Origin: a virus
Length of the DNA: 64,000 bases
IMG/VR virus record: IMGVR_UViG_3300041964_000072
Coordinates: 32,001-96,000 of that record
Direction: 5' to 3' (one strand)
Part shown: piece after piece, positions 45,195 to 55,038 of the stretch
How the letters are laid out: every line of letters begins with the position of its first letter
Numbering within the stretch: the first letter of the stretch is position 1
The notes under the pieces: generated by a model
Database searches by the model: none
Told to the model about the DNA's origin: nothing
What the model saw: only the letters and a program-made list of their open reading frames with translations
Position numbers and translations under genes: made by a program

Positions 45195-45257
45195 ATGCGA
45201 TCGCACGATGCTGCTCCCACGGTGTTAGAGAGGGAATCAATCAAGTAAGGAGTATTT

Positions 45258-45491
45258 ATGACATCAGAGCAGCGTCAAGAAATGATAGACAGAATGACGG
45301 CACAAGATATCAAAATCATACTAGGATGGGTATCCGAAAATGATTATGAATTTCTTGTAACCGTACTGCAAGGAGAAGGTTTTAAGCCGTATAATCAACT
45401 ATCGGATGATCAAGTCAAACAAGAATATGATGGTCGAGAAGGTTTGCATGACATTGATGTAGAAAGTATATACCAGAAAATCAAGTCATAG
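45258..45491 (+). CDS. Hypothetical protein
   Basis: AAGGAG RBS, 77 aa. Confidence 0.65.
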   Translation: MTSEQRQEMIDRMTAQDIKIILGWVSENDYEFLVTVLQGEGFKPYNQLSDDQVKQEYDGREGLHDIDVESIYQKIKS

Positions 45492-45511
45492 AAGTCGAGT
45501 CATTGAGAAAT

Positions 45512-45538
45512 AACCCGTATCTTATAGGTGCGGGTTTT
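45512..45538 (+). terminator. Intrinsic terminator
   Basis: AACCCGTATC-TTATA-GGTGCGGGTT then TT. Confidence 0.55.
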
Positions 45539-45559
45539 GTTGTAAATAAGGAGATCTCG

Positions 45560-45928
45560 ATGGAAGAATACTCGAAAGAATTGCACGGAAAAAGCTTACT
45601 GAACTCTCTAGGCACTCCAGAAGGAACTTATACCGGAGAATACTACCTAGAAGCGGGTATTTACTGGTATAAGGTAGAGGACAATAACGGTAATATGTTC
45701 GAGACAGAGGAGTGTCCTTTAATCCTTCACAAGCCTTTGTTAGATTCAATACCTCCCTACGAAAGAGATGATAGCAAGGAAGATATTACTTTTTTGATTC
45801 CGCCCACAATGTCGGGATGGCATGAGAGAGATGATAAGAAGATTGTCTATGTATGTGTCGATAAGGCGGGAGGATGGTATACCAAATTTGTGGTAGATAG
45901 TTGGAGTAAAACATGGTACATACCCTAG
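45560..45928 (+). CDS. Hypothetical protein
   Basis: AAGGAG RBS before ATG 45560. Confidence 0.65.
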   Translation: MEEYSKELHGKSLLNSLGTPEGTYTGEYYLEAGIYWYKVEDNNGNMFETEECPLILHKPLLDSIPPYERDDSKEDITFLIPPTMSGWHERDDKKIVYVCVDKAGGWYTKFVVDSWSKTWYIP

Positions 45929-46007
45929 GAAAAACAATGATCAGAGTAGTTAACTTATCCACAAAGGAGGAGAAGTATTACGATCTTCCTCCTGAGAAGG
46001 AGAAGTC

Positions 46008-46217
46008 ATGAACAATAAAAGCCCTTTACAGCAACTCGTCCAAAAACTCACATGGAAACAGTGTGAAAATATCCTTGAAAACCACGGGTTCGCTGTGTAC
46101 GAAAGTGAATCACTGGGGAAACTGCGACAAGCTGTAAAGATAAACATCAAGGATGGAACCATTTCCCAGCAATATGTTGAGAGTATTTTGGAGGCAAGCA
46201 ATAACAATGGAAACTAA
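46008..46217 (+). CDS. Hypothetical protein
   Basis: AAGGAG RBS, 69 aa. Confidence 0.6.
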   Translation: MNNKSPLQQLVQKLTWKQCENILENHGFAVYESESLGKLRQAVKINIKDGTISQQYVESILEASNNNGN

Positions 46218-46518
46218 GCTGATTCATGTCCCACCCTTGTCTGTGGTGGACGTTCTCTATCCAGGCAATCCGGAGTTTGGTTCAATCCACGCTCAAACCT
46301 TTGTCCTTACCTCGGAAGAGTTTTACTCAATTAAGGACAGGGATGATGTGATCAAATTCATAGTCTCCAAAGGCTTTGAAAATTACCTGGATTTTAGGGC
46401 ACACATCGGGCAAGCAAGGTATAAGTGGACGCTCCCAGGCTCACAAGAAAAGTGGATGGAAGCTAAATTTGGTGATCGGTTTGACTACGAATTCGATGTA
46501 GATGAGGCTGAAGAGTAA
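46207..46518 (+). CDS. Hypothetical protein
   Basis: ATG overlapping the previous ORF end. Confidence 0.65.
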   Translation: METKLIHVPPLSVVDVLYPGNPEFGSIHAQTFVLTSEEFYSIKDRDDVIKFIVSKGFENYLDFRAHIGQARYKWTLPGSQEKWMEAKFGDRFDYEFDVDEAEE

Positions 46519-46715
46519 TGGAGGCAAAAACCATATACAGCTACGCAATCCTCCAAATATCTATCAGGAAATTCGCTGTGATTCAAACCAGCGGGGGTCT
46601 TACGGGAGTAACATCTGTGTGGGAAATAAAATCCCGTCACGGATCGCATTTCAAAGCAGTAGAAGCATTACAGCAGATTCAGGAGAGACAAAATGGCTCA
46701 AATAATGGGATATAA
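46518..46715 (+). CDS. Hypothetical protein
   Basis: TAATG coupling to the previous ORF. Confidence 0.6.
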   Translation: MEAKTIYSYAILQISIRKFAVIQTSGGLTGVTSVWEIKSRHGSHFKAVEALQQIQERQNGSNNGI

Positions 46716-47109
46716 ACACCTAGAAATGCCTATCGTCAAGATAGATGACAGGGAATACGCCGTAGGGACAGAAGAACAGGCAGACAATGCGGCAAGAGAG
46801 GCAATAGAAGGATCTTTATCATCCTTTGAGCCGTACTTTATATCCCAACACTCCACAATCCAGGACTATGAGATTATAAATGCAATAAAAAAAGAAGGTA
46901 CAAAAGCTACACGCAAAATCATTACCGACATAGACGCTTTTGTTGATAACGCTCTGAGCCTAAGTAATCGGGGGGAATTTCTTTCCCCTGTCAACGGTAC
47001 AGAGGAAACTCTTGCAAGCATAGACGATGATGTTGCCCAAGAGATTGCGACGGTTTTAGGTATCCCAGAGGATAAGTGGAAGGATACCTTTGTGTATCAA
47101 GTTCAGTAA
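46693..47109 (+). CDS. Conserved-looking phage hypothetical protein
   Basis: EYAVGTEEQAD...DIDAFVDNALS...RGEFLS..NG.EE pattern. Confidence 0.65.
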   Translation: MAQIMGYKHLEMPIVKIDDREYAVGTEEQADNAAREAIEGSLSSFEPYFISQHSTIQDYEIINAIKKEGTKATRKIITDIDAFVDNALSLSNRGEFLSPVNGTEETLASIDDDVAQEIATVLGIPEDKWKDTFVYQVQ

Positions 47110-47140
47110 TTTTAGGACAGGTATTGTAGAACGGTAATAG

Positions 47141-47169
47141 TCCCGCTTCTTCCTTGAGGCGGGATTTTT
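47141..47169 (+). terminator. Intrinsic terminator
   Basis: TCCCGCTTC-TTCCTT-GAGGCGGGA-T5. Confidence 0.7.
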
Positions 47170-47194
47170 GTACAACTAGCAACACACAATCTCC

Positions 47195-47743
47195 ATGAAC
47201 AAGGAAGATCAGATCCCAAGCATGTTAAAGAAGTCAAGTCTTTTTGGAGTAAATTTCTACAAGGCATTACATAAAAAATGCTCTGCAATGGAAGATACAG
47301 ACATAGCGATGATCGGACATCATCAGTTAAATAAAAAGACTGGTGAATTAGTCTACGTCAATCATGCTTCCTTCCCAATACACGCTCTTAATCAGGCGAT
47401 AGCAATCTTTAATCAATGTGCTACCCATACGACCTACTATCCAGAAACGGAAGAGTGGAAAGCCATCTGTCAAGTGTTGGTGACAAATACCAAGGAAAAA
47501 CAACTGATCGTAAAGCAGTACTTCATAGCTCCTGAAACCAACCGCTGCATAAAGGTGGATTTAGTGACATTGAATGGAGATACAGAATACCTCGTGATTG
47601 ACTACGGTATTCCTCATAGGATGAACTGCCATATCCAGGCAAGCGATCTTTTGGTAGATAAGGAGTTTTGTATTCAGTTGGACAAGGACTTTCCTACACC
47701 TATCAGGGAAGCACGTATTGGTAAATTCTTGGCAACACACTAG
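47195..47743 (+). CDS. Hypothetical protein
   Basis: 182 aa ORF in array. Confidence 0.7.
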   Translation: MNKEDQIPSMLKKSSLFGVNFYKALHKKCSAMEDTDIAMIGHHQLNKKTGELVYVNHASFPIHALNQAIAIFNQCATHTTYYPETEEWKAICQVLVTNTKEKQLIVKQYFIAPETNRCIKVDLVTLNGDTEYLVIDYGIPHRMNCHIQASDLLVDKEFCIQLDKDFPTPIREARIGKFLATH

Positions 47744-47751
47744 GAGGCAGC

Positions 47752-48033
47752 ATGACGTTTGAAGAGGCTAGAAGACACGTAATGTATGTGGTAGATGATT
47801 CCCTAAATGGACGACGTTTAGGCGAGGATATTCATGCTGTAGTTAAACCCCAAAGTGTTCTTGTTGGATGGCACTGGGAACCAAATTTTATGTTTGTGGC
47901 GATTAATTCCTACCTGGGGGTGACTATCACGAATGAAGAGGCAGAAGAACTCGCAACGGATTATTTAAGGGAAATCCACTGGTTTACTGACTCAGAAGCC
48001 AACAACGCATCAGACTACATTATTAGAGGTTAA
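47752..48033 (+). CDS. Hypothetical protein
   Basis: AGGAGG RBS. Confidence 0.7.
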   Translation: MTFEEARRHVMYVVDDSLNGRRLGEDIHAVVKPQSVLVGWHWEPNFMFVAINSYLGVTITNEEAEELATDYLREIHWFTDSEANNASDYIIRG

Positions 48034-48037
48034 TTCA

Positions 48038-48436
48038 ATGGCAAATTTCAACCTTTTGCTCAACACCATTAGCGTCGAAGTGGAATTTTTAGGGAGCAGT
48101 CTTCTCCTAGATCCTGTAGGGGAAGATTCTCTTATGGAGACGCTTAAGGCTACCACTATCGACAATCATGATGTGGACGGAATAGTAGAGGCAAGACTAG
48201 ACGACGTGAAGGAAGATGGCACACACGTTACCCTTGTTGAGACTTTTTTGGATAAGTTTGAGGTATCAGAGGAGGACAGGGAAACGCTGGATGTTGGATT
48301 CTCCATCACAATAGAAATGCCTGGAATTGAGTATGTAGAATGGATGCTCATGCGCTACGGATGCATGATGCACAGACAACAGGAACTCTCCAAAGAGTAC
48401 ATGGACTGGTGTTTTGATCAGGGACTTACCCAATAA
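48038..48436 (+). CDS. Acidic hypothetical protein
   Basis: 132 aa, GAGG RBS. Confidence 0.7.
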   Translation: MANFNLLLNTISVEVEFLGSSLLLDPVGEDSLMETLKATTIDNHDVDGIVEARLDDVKEDGTHVTLVETFLDKFEVSEEDRETLDVGFSITIEMPGIEYVEWMLMRYGCMMHRQQELSKEYMDWCFDQGLTQ

Positions 48437-48450
48437 CCAAGGACAATATT

Positions 48451-48810
48451 ATGAACATACCTTCAAAGAAAACCATTCAGAAATATCTTGAATGGCTGGA
48501 TGATGATCAGGTAAACAAGGTTCGGGGACTGATGGAGGGGGTGTTAGACCCAGAAGAGGTAAGTGAAGCTACTGCAAAGTGGGTACGCAGTTGCTACAAC
48601 GAACCTAGTGATAGTGAGAAAATTATGTCCGCCATAAATGACGTTATCGAGTGTCATGGAGTAGAATCCCTTTCCAGTAATGGAGATGTAGTAGCAACAT
48701 ACTGCAATACGGGAGATACTTACAAACCTACTGTTATGTATCTTGAGAAGGAGTGTCGATTCAGAATTATGTCTTGGGGAGATTATGCAGAAAAACATCC
48801 CGTAGATTAA
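48451..48810 (+). CDS. Conserved-looking phage hypothetical protein
   Basis: HGVE...YCNTGDTY..T...SWGD pattern. Confidence 0.7.
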   Translation: MNIPSKKTIQKYLEWLDDDQVNKVRGLMEGVLDPEEVSEATAKWVRSCYNEPSDSEKIMSAINDVIECHGVESLSSNGDVVATYCNTGDTYKPTVMYLEKECRFRIMSWGDYAEKHPVD

Positions 48811-48868
48811 GTTTTGATCAGGTGCATCTACTGATAAACGATTGTAAAACGAATCAAGGAGTACTCAA

Positions 48869-49363
48869 ATGTCAGGCATGGTTAAATTTTCTTTTCTTGT
48901 AGGTGATGTGAACTGGTTAGATCACGGAGGTAAGTGGATTAGTCAAAAGTTTAATAATGGAGAATTTGACTACTGGCTAGTAAAAGAGCTTCATAATACA
49001 GAGGAAAATAGGGATTTTAATACCAAATACCTCTGCACACTATCTGTAGTTGCTCCTAGTCAGTATGAGGACTTTGAGCAAGCCTTTGAATCTTGTGGCT
49101 GGGAGGTAGAGATAGAGGATCTATCCGACACAGATAAGGTAGAGATAATTCACTCTTACTCAGGTGGCTCACAAGAATGGAGTGGCACTGACAACAACTA
49201 CAGTAAGTTGTTTCGAGAATGCTTGATAGAAGCCAACCTGATTACAACGCTGTTACTTCAAGCTTATCTATATAGGCAGAAAAATGCACTCGGAGACAAT
49301 GGATGGAACAAGCTTAAGGGCACAAGTGCTATAGACTCACTTCGATCAAACACTAATAAGTAA
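48869..49363 (+). CDS. Hypothetical protein
   Basis: AAGGAG RBS, 164 aa. Confidence 0.7.
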   Translation: MSGMVKFSFLVGDVNWLDHGGKWISQKFNNGEFDYWLVKELHNTEENRDFNTKYLCTLSVVAPSQYEDFEQAFESCGWEVEIEDLSDTDKVEIIHSYSGGSQEWSGTDNNYSKLFRECLIEANLITTLLLQAYLYRQKNALGDNGWNKLKGTSAIDSLRSNTNK

Positions 49364-49378
49364 CCAGGAAGGATTCTG

Positions 49379-49792
49379 ATGAGCAAATATTTCGATGCAA
49401 TGTACAGCAGATACGAGCGTGTACGGTCAAGACTGGTGCAAATATATGATTTTGCTGCAAGACACTATCAAACACATGAGGAGCTACTTGAAAGAAAAGG
49501 AGAGATATACAAAACTAATGATTACAAAAAACTCAGCTCGTATTATGTTGGGGCGTTTAACGAACTTAGCCGAACAAAATTGCAAGAACTATGGAGCTAC
49601 CATTTACAGAGTGGATATCTCGTAAGAGGAAAGTTCTATCCAGCTCGTGAATGTAACGAGGTTCTTTATGAGTGTGGAAAACATAACGGTATTGTTGTCT
49701 GGAAGAACTGCCCTGAAAAGATATTCAGCAAAAGTGCGGATTTTGTAGAAGAAGTTCCATCCACCAGTGAACAGTTAGAGGTAAACTCATGA
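49379..49792 (+). CDS. Hypothetical protein
   Basis: AAGGA RBS, 137 aa. Confidence 0.7.
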   Translation: MSKYFDAMYSRYERVRSRLVQIYDFAARHYQTHEELLERKGEIYKTNDYKKLSSYYVGAFNELSRTKLQELWSYHLQSGYLVRGKFYPARECNEVLYECGKHNGIVVWKNCPEKIFSKSADFVEEVPSTSEQLEVNS

Positions 49793-50127
49793 GTTACGCA
49801 AGACTGAATCGAAACGAATGGAACCAGCTCAAAGTAATCTGGGATCTGGAAAAAATTAAGGCTGATGATATGCTCTGGATTCTCAGGGACATGACCTATC
49901 TAGATTTCTGGGTAGAAGTCCTTGAGTATGACCTCTGCAATGGTTATCAGTCTGTTGCTCCAGAGGATATCGGTGCCCTTACCGATGCCTTTATCATTAC
50001 TGACGGAGAGCAATACTGGTGGGACAGCAACCACCAGATCCGCAACCCTTGGGATGATATGTACATAGATGAACCGTGCATATTATTTCCGGCAGACGCT
50101 TTACACCCAATAGGAAACCTTCCGTGA
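49789..50127 (+). CDS. Conserved-looking phage hypothetical protein
   Basis: ATGA overlap; IGALTDAFII...YWW pattern. Confidence 0.7.
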   Translation: MSYARLNRNEWNQLKVIWDLEKIKADDMLWILRDMTYLDFWVEVLEYDLCNGYQSVAPEDIGALTDAFIITDGEQYWWDSNHQIRNPWDDMYIDEPCILFPADALHPIGNLP

Positions 50128-50516
50128 ACAAAATCGTACAGACCGTAGATAATAACGAAGACTTGCGCTACGAAGTCCTCTGTCTTGTAGAACCTATCGT
50201 AATTAATTGGTACACAGACGATCCTACTTTATGGAGAGCTAACGCAAGAACGGCTGCGATCGCAGAAATAATTCCCTTAATTAGTGAGTGGTTTCTGCGT
50301 CCATCCATTCAATTCAAAATCAAAACGATTCTGGGAGGTAACATATCTTCCAAGAAATATCGGGAACTACGGGGGGAGATGTCCGATGAAGGGTTCGACT
50401 GGAATCCTATCGCTTCCCATTACGCGAACAAGAGGTACAACGAACTTTGGGCAGATGCTAACGTACCTCCTTCCCTGGTGCCAGAGTTCCTGAAAGAATG
50501 TGACGACGAAATATAA
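50124..50516 (+). CDS. Hypothetical protein
   Basis: GTGA overlap with the previous stop. Confidence 0.6.
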   Translation: MNKIVQTVDNNEDLRYEVLCLVEPIVINWYTDDPTLWRANARTAAIAEIIPLISEWFLRPSIQFKIKTILGGNISSKKYRELRGEMSDEGFDWNPIASHYANKRYNELWADANVPPSLVPEFLKECDDEI

Positions 50517-50745
50517 AAGACAAGGAGCAGCGACAATGGTTTTTGATCGTATCCGTGAATGGTTAAGGCGCAATCCTAAGCCGTCTTCATCAGATGAAAT
50601 CCCTGAATGGATGCTGGAAGAATATCGGAAAGCAATAAAGGATGCTGAGGCTTACTGTGACTCGCATCCTATTGATTGGGATGCTGTAGAGGAAATATCA
50701 GCAAGACTTGATGCAGAAGAATCGCAAGTAAATGGAGATCAGTAA
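50500..50745 (+). CDS. Hypothetical protein
   Basis: 81 aa; start may be ATG 50536 after AAGGAG. Confidence 0.6.
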   Translation: MTTKYKRQGAATMVFDRIREWLRRNPKPSSSDEIPEWMLEEYRKAIKDAEAYCDSHPIDWDAVEEISARLDAEESQVNGDQ

Positions 50746-51280
50746 AATGCCGTCGATACGTGACTCGCTTGTACCAACTCCCAAGGGCAACCGTTATTAC
50801 CCCTTCCTTTTCTACAGAGGCAAGGAAGCCTACACCTTATCCATCCAGTATGTAGGCTATGGCAGTAATGATATTCCAGCCCCTTCCGCACGTACACAGA
50901 ACCGATTTGATGTATCGTGCTGGGAAAGTCATGGAGATAAGTCAGTTACCTTTTTTCCTGCTTTTGTCATAGAAGCCATCGGCACTCACCTAGAAAACAC
51001 AGGTTCTCTCCTATGTAGCCCAGGAGAGGCGCAAGAGATTTACGATACCTTCCTGGAGTGGGACAGGAGGGAATATGTAGATCCTGGAGTACATTTTAAG
51101 TTACGGCATTATCGCCCTAATAACAGTGAAGGGTTTCCAGAAAGATATACTCTCTGGACTGTAGACTTGTACACCAACGAAGGTGAGTTTATTGGAGAGG
51201 GGAAAATCAGCGATGTTAATAAAGGAAATTTATTAGACCACATGGAGCGGGTCTGTCCTACGATTCCCATCCAAAAATAG
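50732..51280 (+). CDS. Hypothetical protein
   Basis: 182 aa ORF in array. Confidence 0.7.
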   Translation: MEISKMPSIRDSLVPTPKGNRYYPFLFYRGKEAYTLSIQYVGYGSNDIPAPSARTQNRFDVSCWESHGDKSVTFFPAFVIEAIGTHLENTGSLLCSPGEAQEIYDTFLEWDRREYVDPGVHFKLRHYRPNNSEGFPERYTLWTVDLYTNEGEFIGEGKISDVNKGNLLDHMERVCPTIPIQK

Positions 51281-51292
51281 CGCTCTTTCCAT

Positions 51293-51326
51293 TCCGGCTA
51301 GGAAACCGCCACTAGCCGGATTTTTT
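51293..51326 (+). terminator. Intrinsic terminator
   Basis: TCCGGCTAG-GAAACCGCCA-CTAGCCGGA-T6. Confidence 0.75.
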
Positions 51327-51351
51327 ATAGGCGGACACTTAGAGGTTAGAC

Positions 51352-52194
51352 ATGACAGATCTACGCCGGATACGTCCAGGGGATGAAATTTTCATTACTT
51401 TCCCCTACGACTCCATATTTTCAATCCGTGACATCGAAGAAAAGGTAGAAATTCCAGCAGGAAGCAAAGTTCCTGGAAAGTTCTTTGCTGATATGGGTAA
51501 GGACTGGAAAGTACGTGTTGACTGGGAGGGCTTAAATCTTGAAAACGGATATCGGGTTTGGAGACTTAAGAAGGAAATGGTACGGATACAGAAGCGGTAT
51601 GTTAAGGACGTACCCTCATGCTATTACCCTGTAAAGTGCGATCTCGATAAAGTTACCATCGAACTGCTCTGGGTAGAAAACCTAGAGCTTCGCTCTGAGA
51701 TGATATACATTCCCCAGTACTGCCTGGTAGACCCGTCAAAAAGAGACAAGTCCCCTAAGTTCACTCCCGAAGCAACCGATGCACTTTATGACGAGGTAGC
51801 TTTCCTTCTGATATGGGATGAACCTAACGAATACATTTGGACGGAAGGGAGGAATACTCCATTCAATCCAGACGCAACTTTTCTTTTTAACGATACCTCA
51901 AGAAAGTTGAATGCAGCGCTCTACCACATGCCCGGAGTCCCGCTCAAGGTGGAAAAAGATCTTTGGGATGAATACTTTGAGATGTACCAACCCCTAATCA
52001 TGGATTGCTACTGTGAAATAGATGGAGTGCAACTAAACAAAACACTCTTCTATGTTTCGGGAGAAGGGACATGTACCGGAGGAATCGAGGACAACGGGAA
52101 CTACTACCTAGTCAGCATCCCACCAGATGCCCTTATCTGGACACATTTGAGGAGTGAAGCAAAAACGATGGAAACGATCTTCCATAACCGATAA
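51352..52194 (+). CDS. Hypothetical protein
   Basis: 280 aa, GAGG RBS. Confidence 0.75.
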   Translation: MTDLRRIRPGDEIFITFPYDSIFSIRDIEEKVEIPAGSKVPGKFFADMGKDWKVRVDWEGLNLENGYRVWRLKKEMVRIQKRYVKDVPSCYYPVKCDLDKVTIELLWVENLELRSEMIYIPQYCLVDPSKRDKSPKFTPEATDALYDEVAFLLIWDEPNEYIWTEGRNTPFNPDATFLFNDTSRKLNAALYHMPGVPLKVEKDLWDEYFEMYQPLIMDCYCEIDGVQLNKTLFYVSGEGTCTGGIEDNGNYYLVSIPPDALIWTHLRSEAKTMETIFHNR

Positions 52195-52307
52195 TTAAAC
52201 ATGCGATCGCATAATATTCCATCCAGTTATGCGATCGTCTCACTATTGCATCAGTAGGATAACACAGCAAAGAGTTGTCATCAAAATAGATAAAAGGGAG
52301 TTACATC

Positions 52308-52871
52308 ATGTTTGAGCGATCAAAAGAAGTAAGAGCAGAAATGGAGGCAAAAGGTTGGGTTTGCTTGTTGGATTGGTATGAATGCCCAAGCACCTCTACC
52401 CAGTATTACTGGAACCCAGAAACACAAAGGGTCATTGCCTACCCCTGGAAAAATCCAGAATATGATATTGAGGAATACAGCCGTGAGGATCTTGCAGGAG
52501 AAAAGGGGAAATACCTTCACCCTACATTGCGTAGGAAATTGGAAAGTTTTCTCACCAACACCCCTATGGAAATCTCTCAAGAAGATTATTATTTTGACCG
52601 GATTCGGAGAGAGGATTACAAGGGGCATTGGTTCAGATCTTCCAACGATTTCAAGGAAATCACTTACGAAGAGACGTTGATAAACGTACATAAACGGGAA
52701 CTTTCTTATTGGATATACAGCGTCAAAGAGTCTTCTAAACATCCCAGAGATTATCGTTTTGCTTGCTTCAATTGGAATACAAAACGAATTGGAAAGCTTG
52801 GTGATTTCAGTTATTCCTCAAAACGAGAAGCGTTTAAAGCACTAAAAGTATTTACAGGAAAGGAGTGTTAA
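52308..52871 (+). CDS. Hypothetical protein
   Basis: 187 aa, GGGAG RBS. Confidence 0.75.
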   Translation: MFERSKEVRAEMEAKGWVCLLDWYECPSTSTQYYWNPETQRVIAYPWKNPEYDIEEYSREDLAGEKGKYLHPTLRRKLESFLTNTPMEISQEDYYFDRIRREDYKGHWFRSSNDFKEITYEETLINVHKRELSYWIYSVKESSKHPRDYRFACFNWNTKRIGKLGDFSYSSKREAFKALKVFTGKEC

Positions 52872-53194
52872 ATATGCAAGTATATACAGCTAAATGGGTG
52901 CTTGCTAAGACGATTCTGGATGACGATAAAATCATTCAGAAATTTTGCAAGGACTATGATGATGAGCCTGAGCTAACGAAAGATCCAAATGAAGCATGGT
53001 TTTGGAATAATCATGCTGCTGCAATGAATCAGCTCAAGGACATCAGGAAGCATTCTCCAGAGACGCAACTTTATCCCATAAAGGTGTTTCTCAGAGAAGT
53101 TCAAGGAAAAAAGGAGAGTAATAGCAATGGAAAGTCTCGATCAGCTAATACAAAGCGTTCCAGAAGGACATCAGTGGATAGTGTATCGAAATGA
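52865..53194 (+). CDS. Hypothetical protein
   Basis: AAGGAG RBS; ELTKDPNEAWFW motif. Confidence 0.6.
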   Translation: MLNMQVYTAKWVLAKTILDDDKIIQKFCKDYDDEPELTKDPNEAWFWNNHAAAMNQLKDIRKHSPETQLYPIKVFLREVQGKKESNSNGKSRSANTKRSRRTSVDSVSK

Positions 53195-53330
53195 GAAGAG
53201 TACTCTGTGTATTGCCTTGGATTTTCGACCAGAAGATCCTCGATGCCAGAGAGCGTACTTCCTTGCTAACGATGCCCTTTACGTTATTGACGTGGAAGCT
53301 CACAGAGAACATCTAGCACAGCAAAAGTAA
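53127..53330 (+). CDS. Hypothetical protein
   Basis: AAGGAG RBS; overlaps the previous ORF 3' end. Confidence 0.55.
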   Translation: MESLDQLIQSVPEGHQWIVYRNEKSTLCIALDFRPEDPRCQRAYFLANDALYVIDVEAHREHLAQQK

Positions 53331-53351
53331 CCCAATTCTTGCAACATTAAT

Positions 53352-53383
53352 GCCCTCCCACAATCCCGTGAGGAGGGTTTTTT
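53352..53383 (+). terminator. Intrinsic terminator
   Basis: GCCCTCC...GGAGGGT followed by a T tract. Confidence 0.65.
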
Positions 53384-53395
53384 CATGGAGGTTTT

Positions 53396-53629
53396 ATGTA
53401 TCAAATACCGATGGTTCATCACAACATATTGGCATGGGCAACTACCAATAATTCAAATCATTTGATTGTTTTAAGGAGGTGGGGAGATACTTTTGTTGTC
53501 CATCTATACCTCGTAGATAGCGATTGTTTTGAGTATGGAAACTATGCAGATGATATCAAAGGAGCGGCTAAAAAATTCACAGAAAAAATACAGGCATATC
53601 GGAGGATTCTAGATACATGCCCCTTCTAG
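53396..53629 (+). CDS. Hypothetical protein
   Basis: GGAGG RBS. Confidence 0.65.
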   Translation: MYQIPMVHHNILAWATTNNSNHLIVLRRWGDTFVVHLYLVDSDCFEYGNYADDIKGAAKKFTEKIQAYRRILDTCPF

Positions 53630-53692
53630 AATGTAGAGAGGTGATAAATATTTTCCAGGCATGATTAGAAAGCTTTACTCTAATCATGTCCG

Positions 53693-53905
53693 ATGAGTGA
53701 CAACGATCCGAAACAAATACGGTTTCCTGTTCAACCTACAACCGCTTCCGAACAGGAATCCGTTTCTCAATATAATGCCCAAGTAGTCTTTACAAAGCAT
53801 GGATATAAAATCCAGTACGGAGAGTATATCTTAGGCGCAAATACTTGGCTAACTGAGGCAGAGGCTTGGGCATGGCTTCAAGAAAATGGTAGCGAAAATC
53901 AATAA
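53693..53905 (+). CDS. Hypothetical protein (paralog of 57248-57499)
   Basis: YNAQV...GYKIQY...LGANTW...AWAWLQENG. Confidence 0.6.
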   Translation: MSDNDPKQIRFPVQPTTASEQESVSQYNAQVVFTKHGYKIQYGEYILGANTWLTEAEAWAWLQENGSENQ

Positions 53906-53920
53906 TTTCAGGAGAATTTC

Positions 53921-54514
53921 ATGAGCATTTCTTCAACTGTTTTTGACGATGGCAACCGCAGTACAGATACAACTTTGAACACAATCACAGGAGTTGTGCA
54001 TCTGAAAGAACATGTCGAAATAGATGAGTGCAGGGGATTAAGTCGGTCGTCATGGGAAGGGGTGTTAGAAAGTATTGGCACCCCATATTCTACGGTGAAT
54101 GGGCAGACGGTTCTAACTGGAAATATCCGCAAGATCATTAAGGAGGACAAACCGATGTATCCTCTAAAATGTCACTACATTACTACCTGTCATCCTGAGG
54201 CAGGGCTTTCTGATAATCATGCCAGGGAAGGGGAGATCTTAATCTGTGCATCCCTGAGTGAGGGAATGACAGACCGAGATCTAGTAACTGCTCTCGTAGC
54301 GGAATGCGATAAAAGCCCAGACTACTGTGATATGTGGGATGCGATAGACCATCGAGCAGGGGTCTTGGAGCAAGCTATTGCGGAAGAGTTTTTGGGGTTT
54401 AACACATCTCTTCATAATATAGATACAGGCGTAAATGATTCTGAAGATTTAGGTCTTTACATCTACGCTTACCTTTCTTTCACACCAAAGGAACATCAAA
54501 ATTGGACGAATTAG
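53921..54514 (+). CDS. Hypothetical protein
   Basis: AGGAG RBS, 197 aa. Confidence 0.7.
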   Translation: MSISSTVFDDGNRSTDTTLNTITGVVHLKEHVEIDECRGLSRSSWEGVLESIGTPYSTVNGQTVLTGNIRKIIKEDKPMYPLKCHYITTCHPEAGLSDNHAREGEILICASLSEGMTDRDLVTALVAECDKSPDYCDMWDAIDHRAGVLEQAIAEEFLGFNTSLHNIDTGVNDSEDLGLYIYAYLSFTPKEHQNWTN

Positions 54515-54518
54515 AGGA

Positions 54519-54977
54519 ATGGAAGGATTGAACACTTGTGCATATCTCAGAAAACAAATCATCCTCCCCCAGGTGCATCCTGTAGGTATTGATGAATTGG
54601 GTAGCGTAGGGGCAGAACTACAGCACGCTATCAAGAAGAAAACCCGCAAAGACTGGAATGATGTAATGCTACGAAATGCGTGCCATTACAACGCCTTACG
54701 GGTTTGTGCCATTGCACATTTTTACAACATCAACATCTACTATGTGACGGGGGAAGTGAGTTATTCAACTCCAGAGTCTACAGTGTATTTGATTCACTCG
54801 TGGAACTACATCCCAAGCATAGATGCCTATATCGACTTAACCTTTGAAGCATTTGCTGACTTGCGTAGTGATTACATGCTGGCTTTATCCAAGCCTGTCC
54901 CGGAACTACTTAAGGAGGGATATGACTTCAAAGGGGCACGAGACATATATACCCAGTGGCTAAACAGGCAGCGCTGA
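54519..54977 (+). CDS. Transglutaminase-like fold hypothetical protein
   Basis: NACHYNA...YYVTG...IHSWN...YIDLT (C-H-D-like). Confidence 0.55.
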   Translation: MEGLNTCAYLRKQIILPQVHPVGIDELGSVGAELQHAIKKKTRKDWNDVMLRNACHYNALRVCAIAHFYNINIYYVTGEVSYSTPESTVYLIHSWNYIPSIDAYIDLTFEAFADLRSDYMLALSKPVPELLKEGYDFKGARDIYTQWLNRQR

Positions 54978-54997
54978 GTATTGCGATCGCATAAACC

Positions 54998-55026
54998 AAA
55001 GACCTCCGCTCCAGGGGGTCTTTTTT
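54998..55026 (+). terminator. Intrinsic terminator preceded by HIP1
   Basis: GACCTCC-GCTCCA-GGGGGTC-T6; GCGATCGC at 54983. Confidence 0.7.
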
Positions 55027-55038
55027 ATTGGAGGAAAA

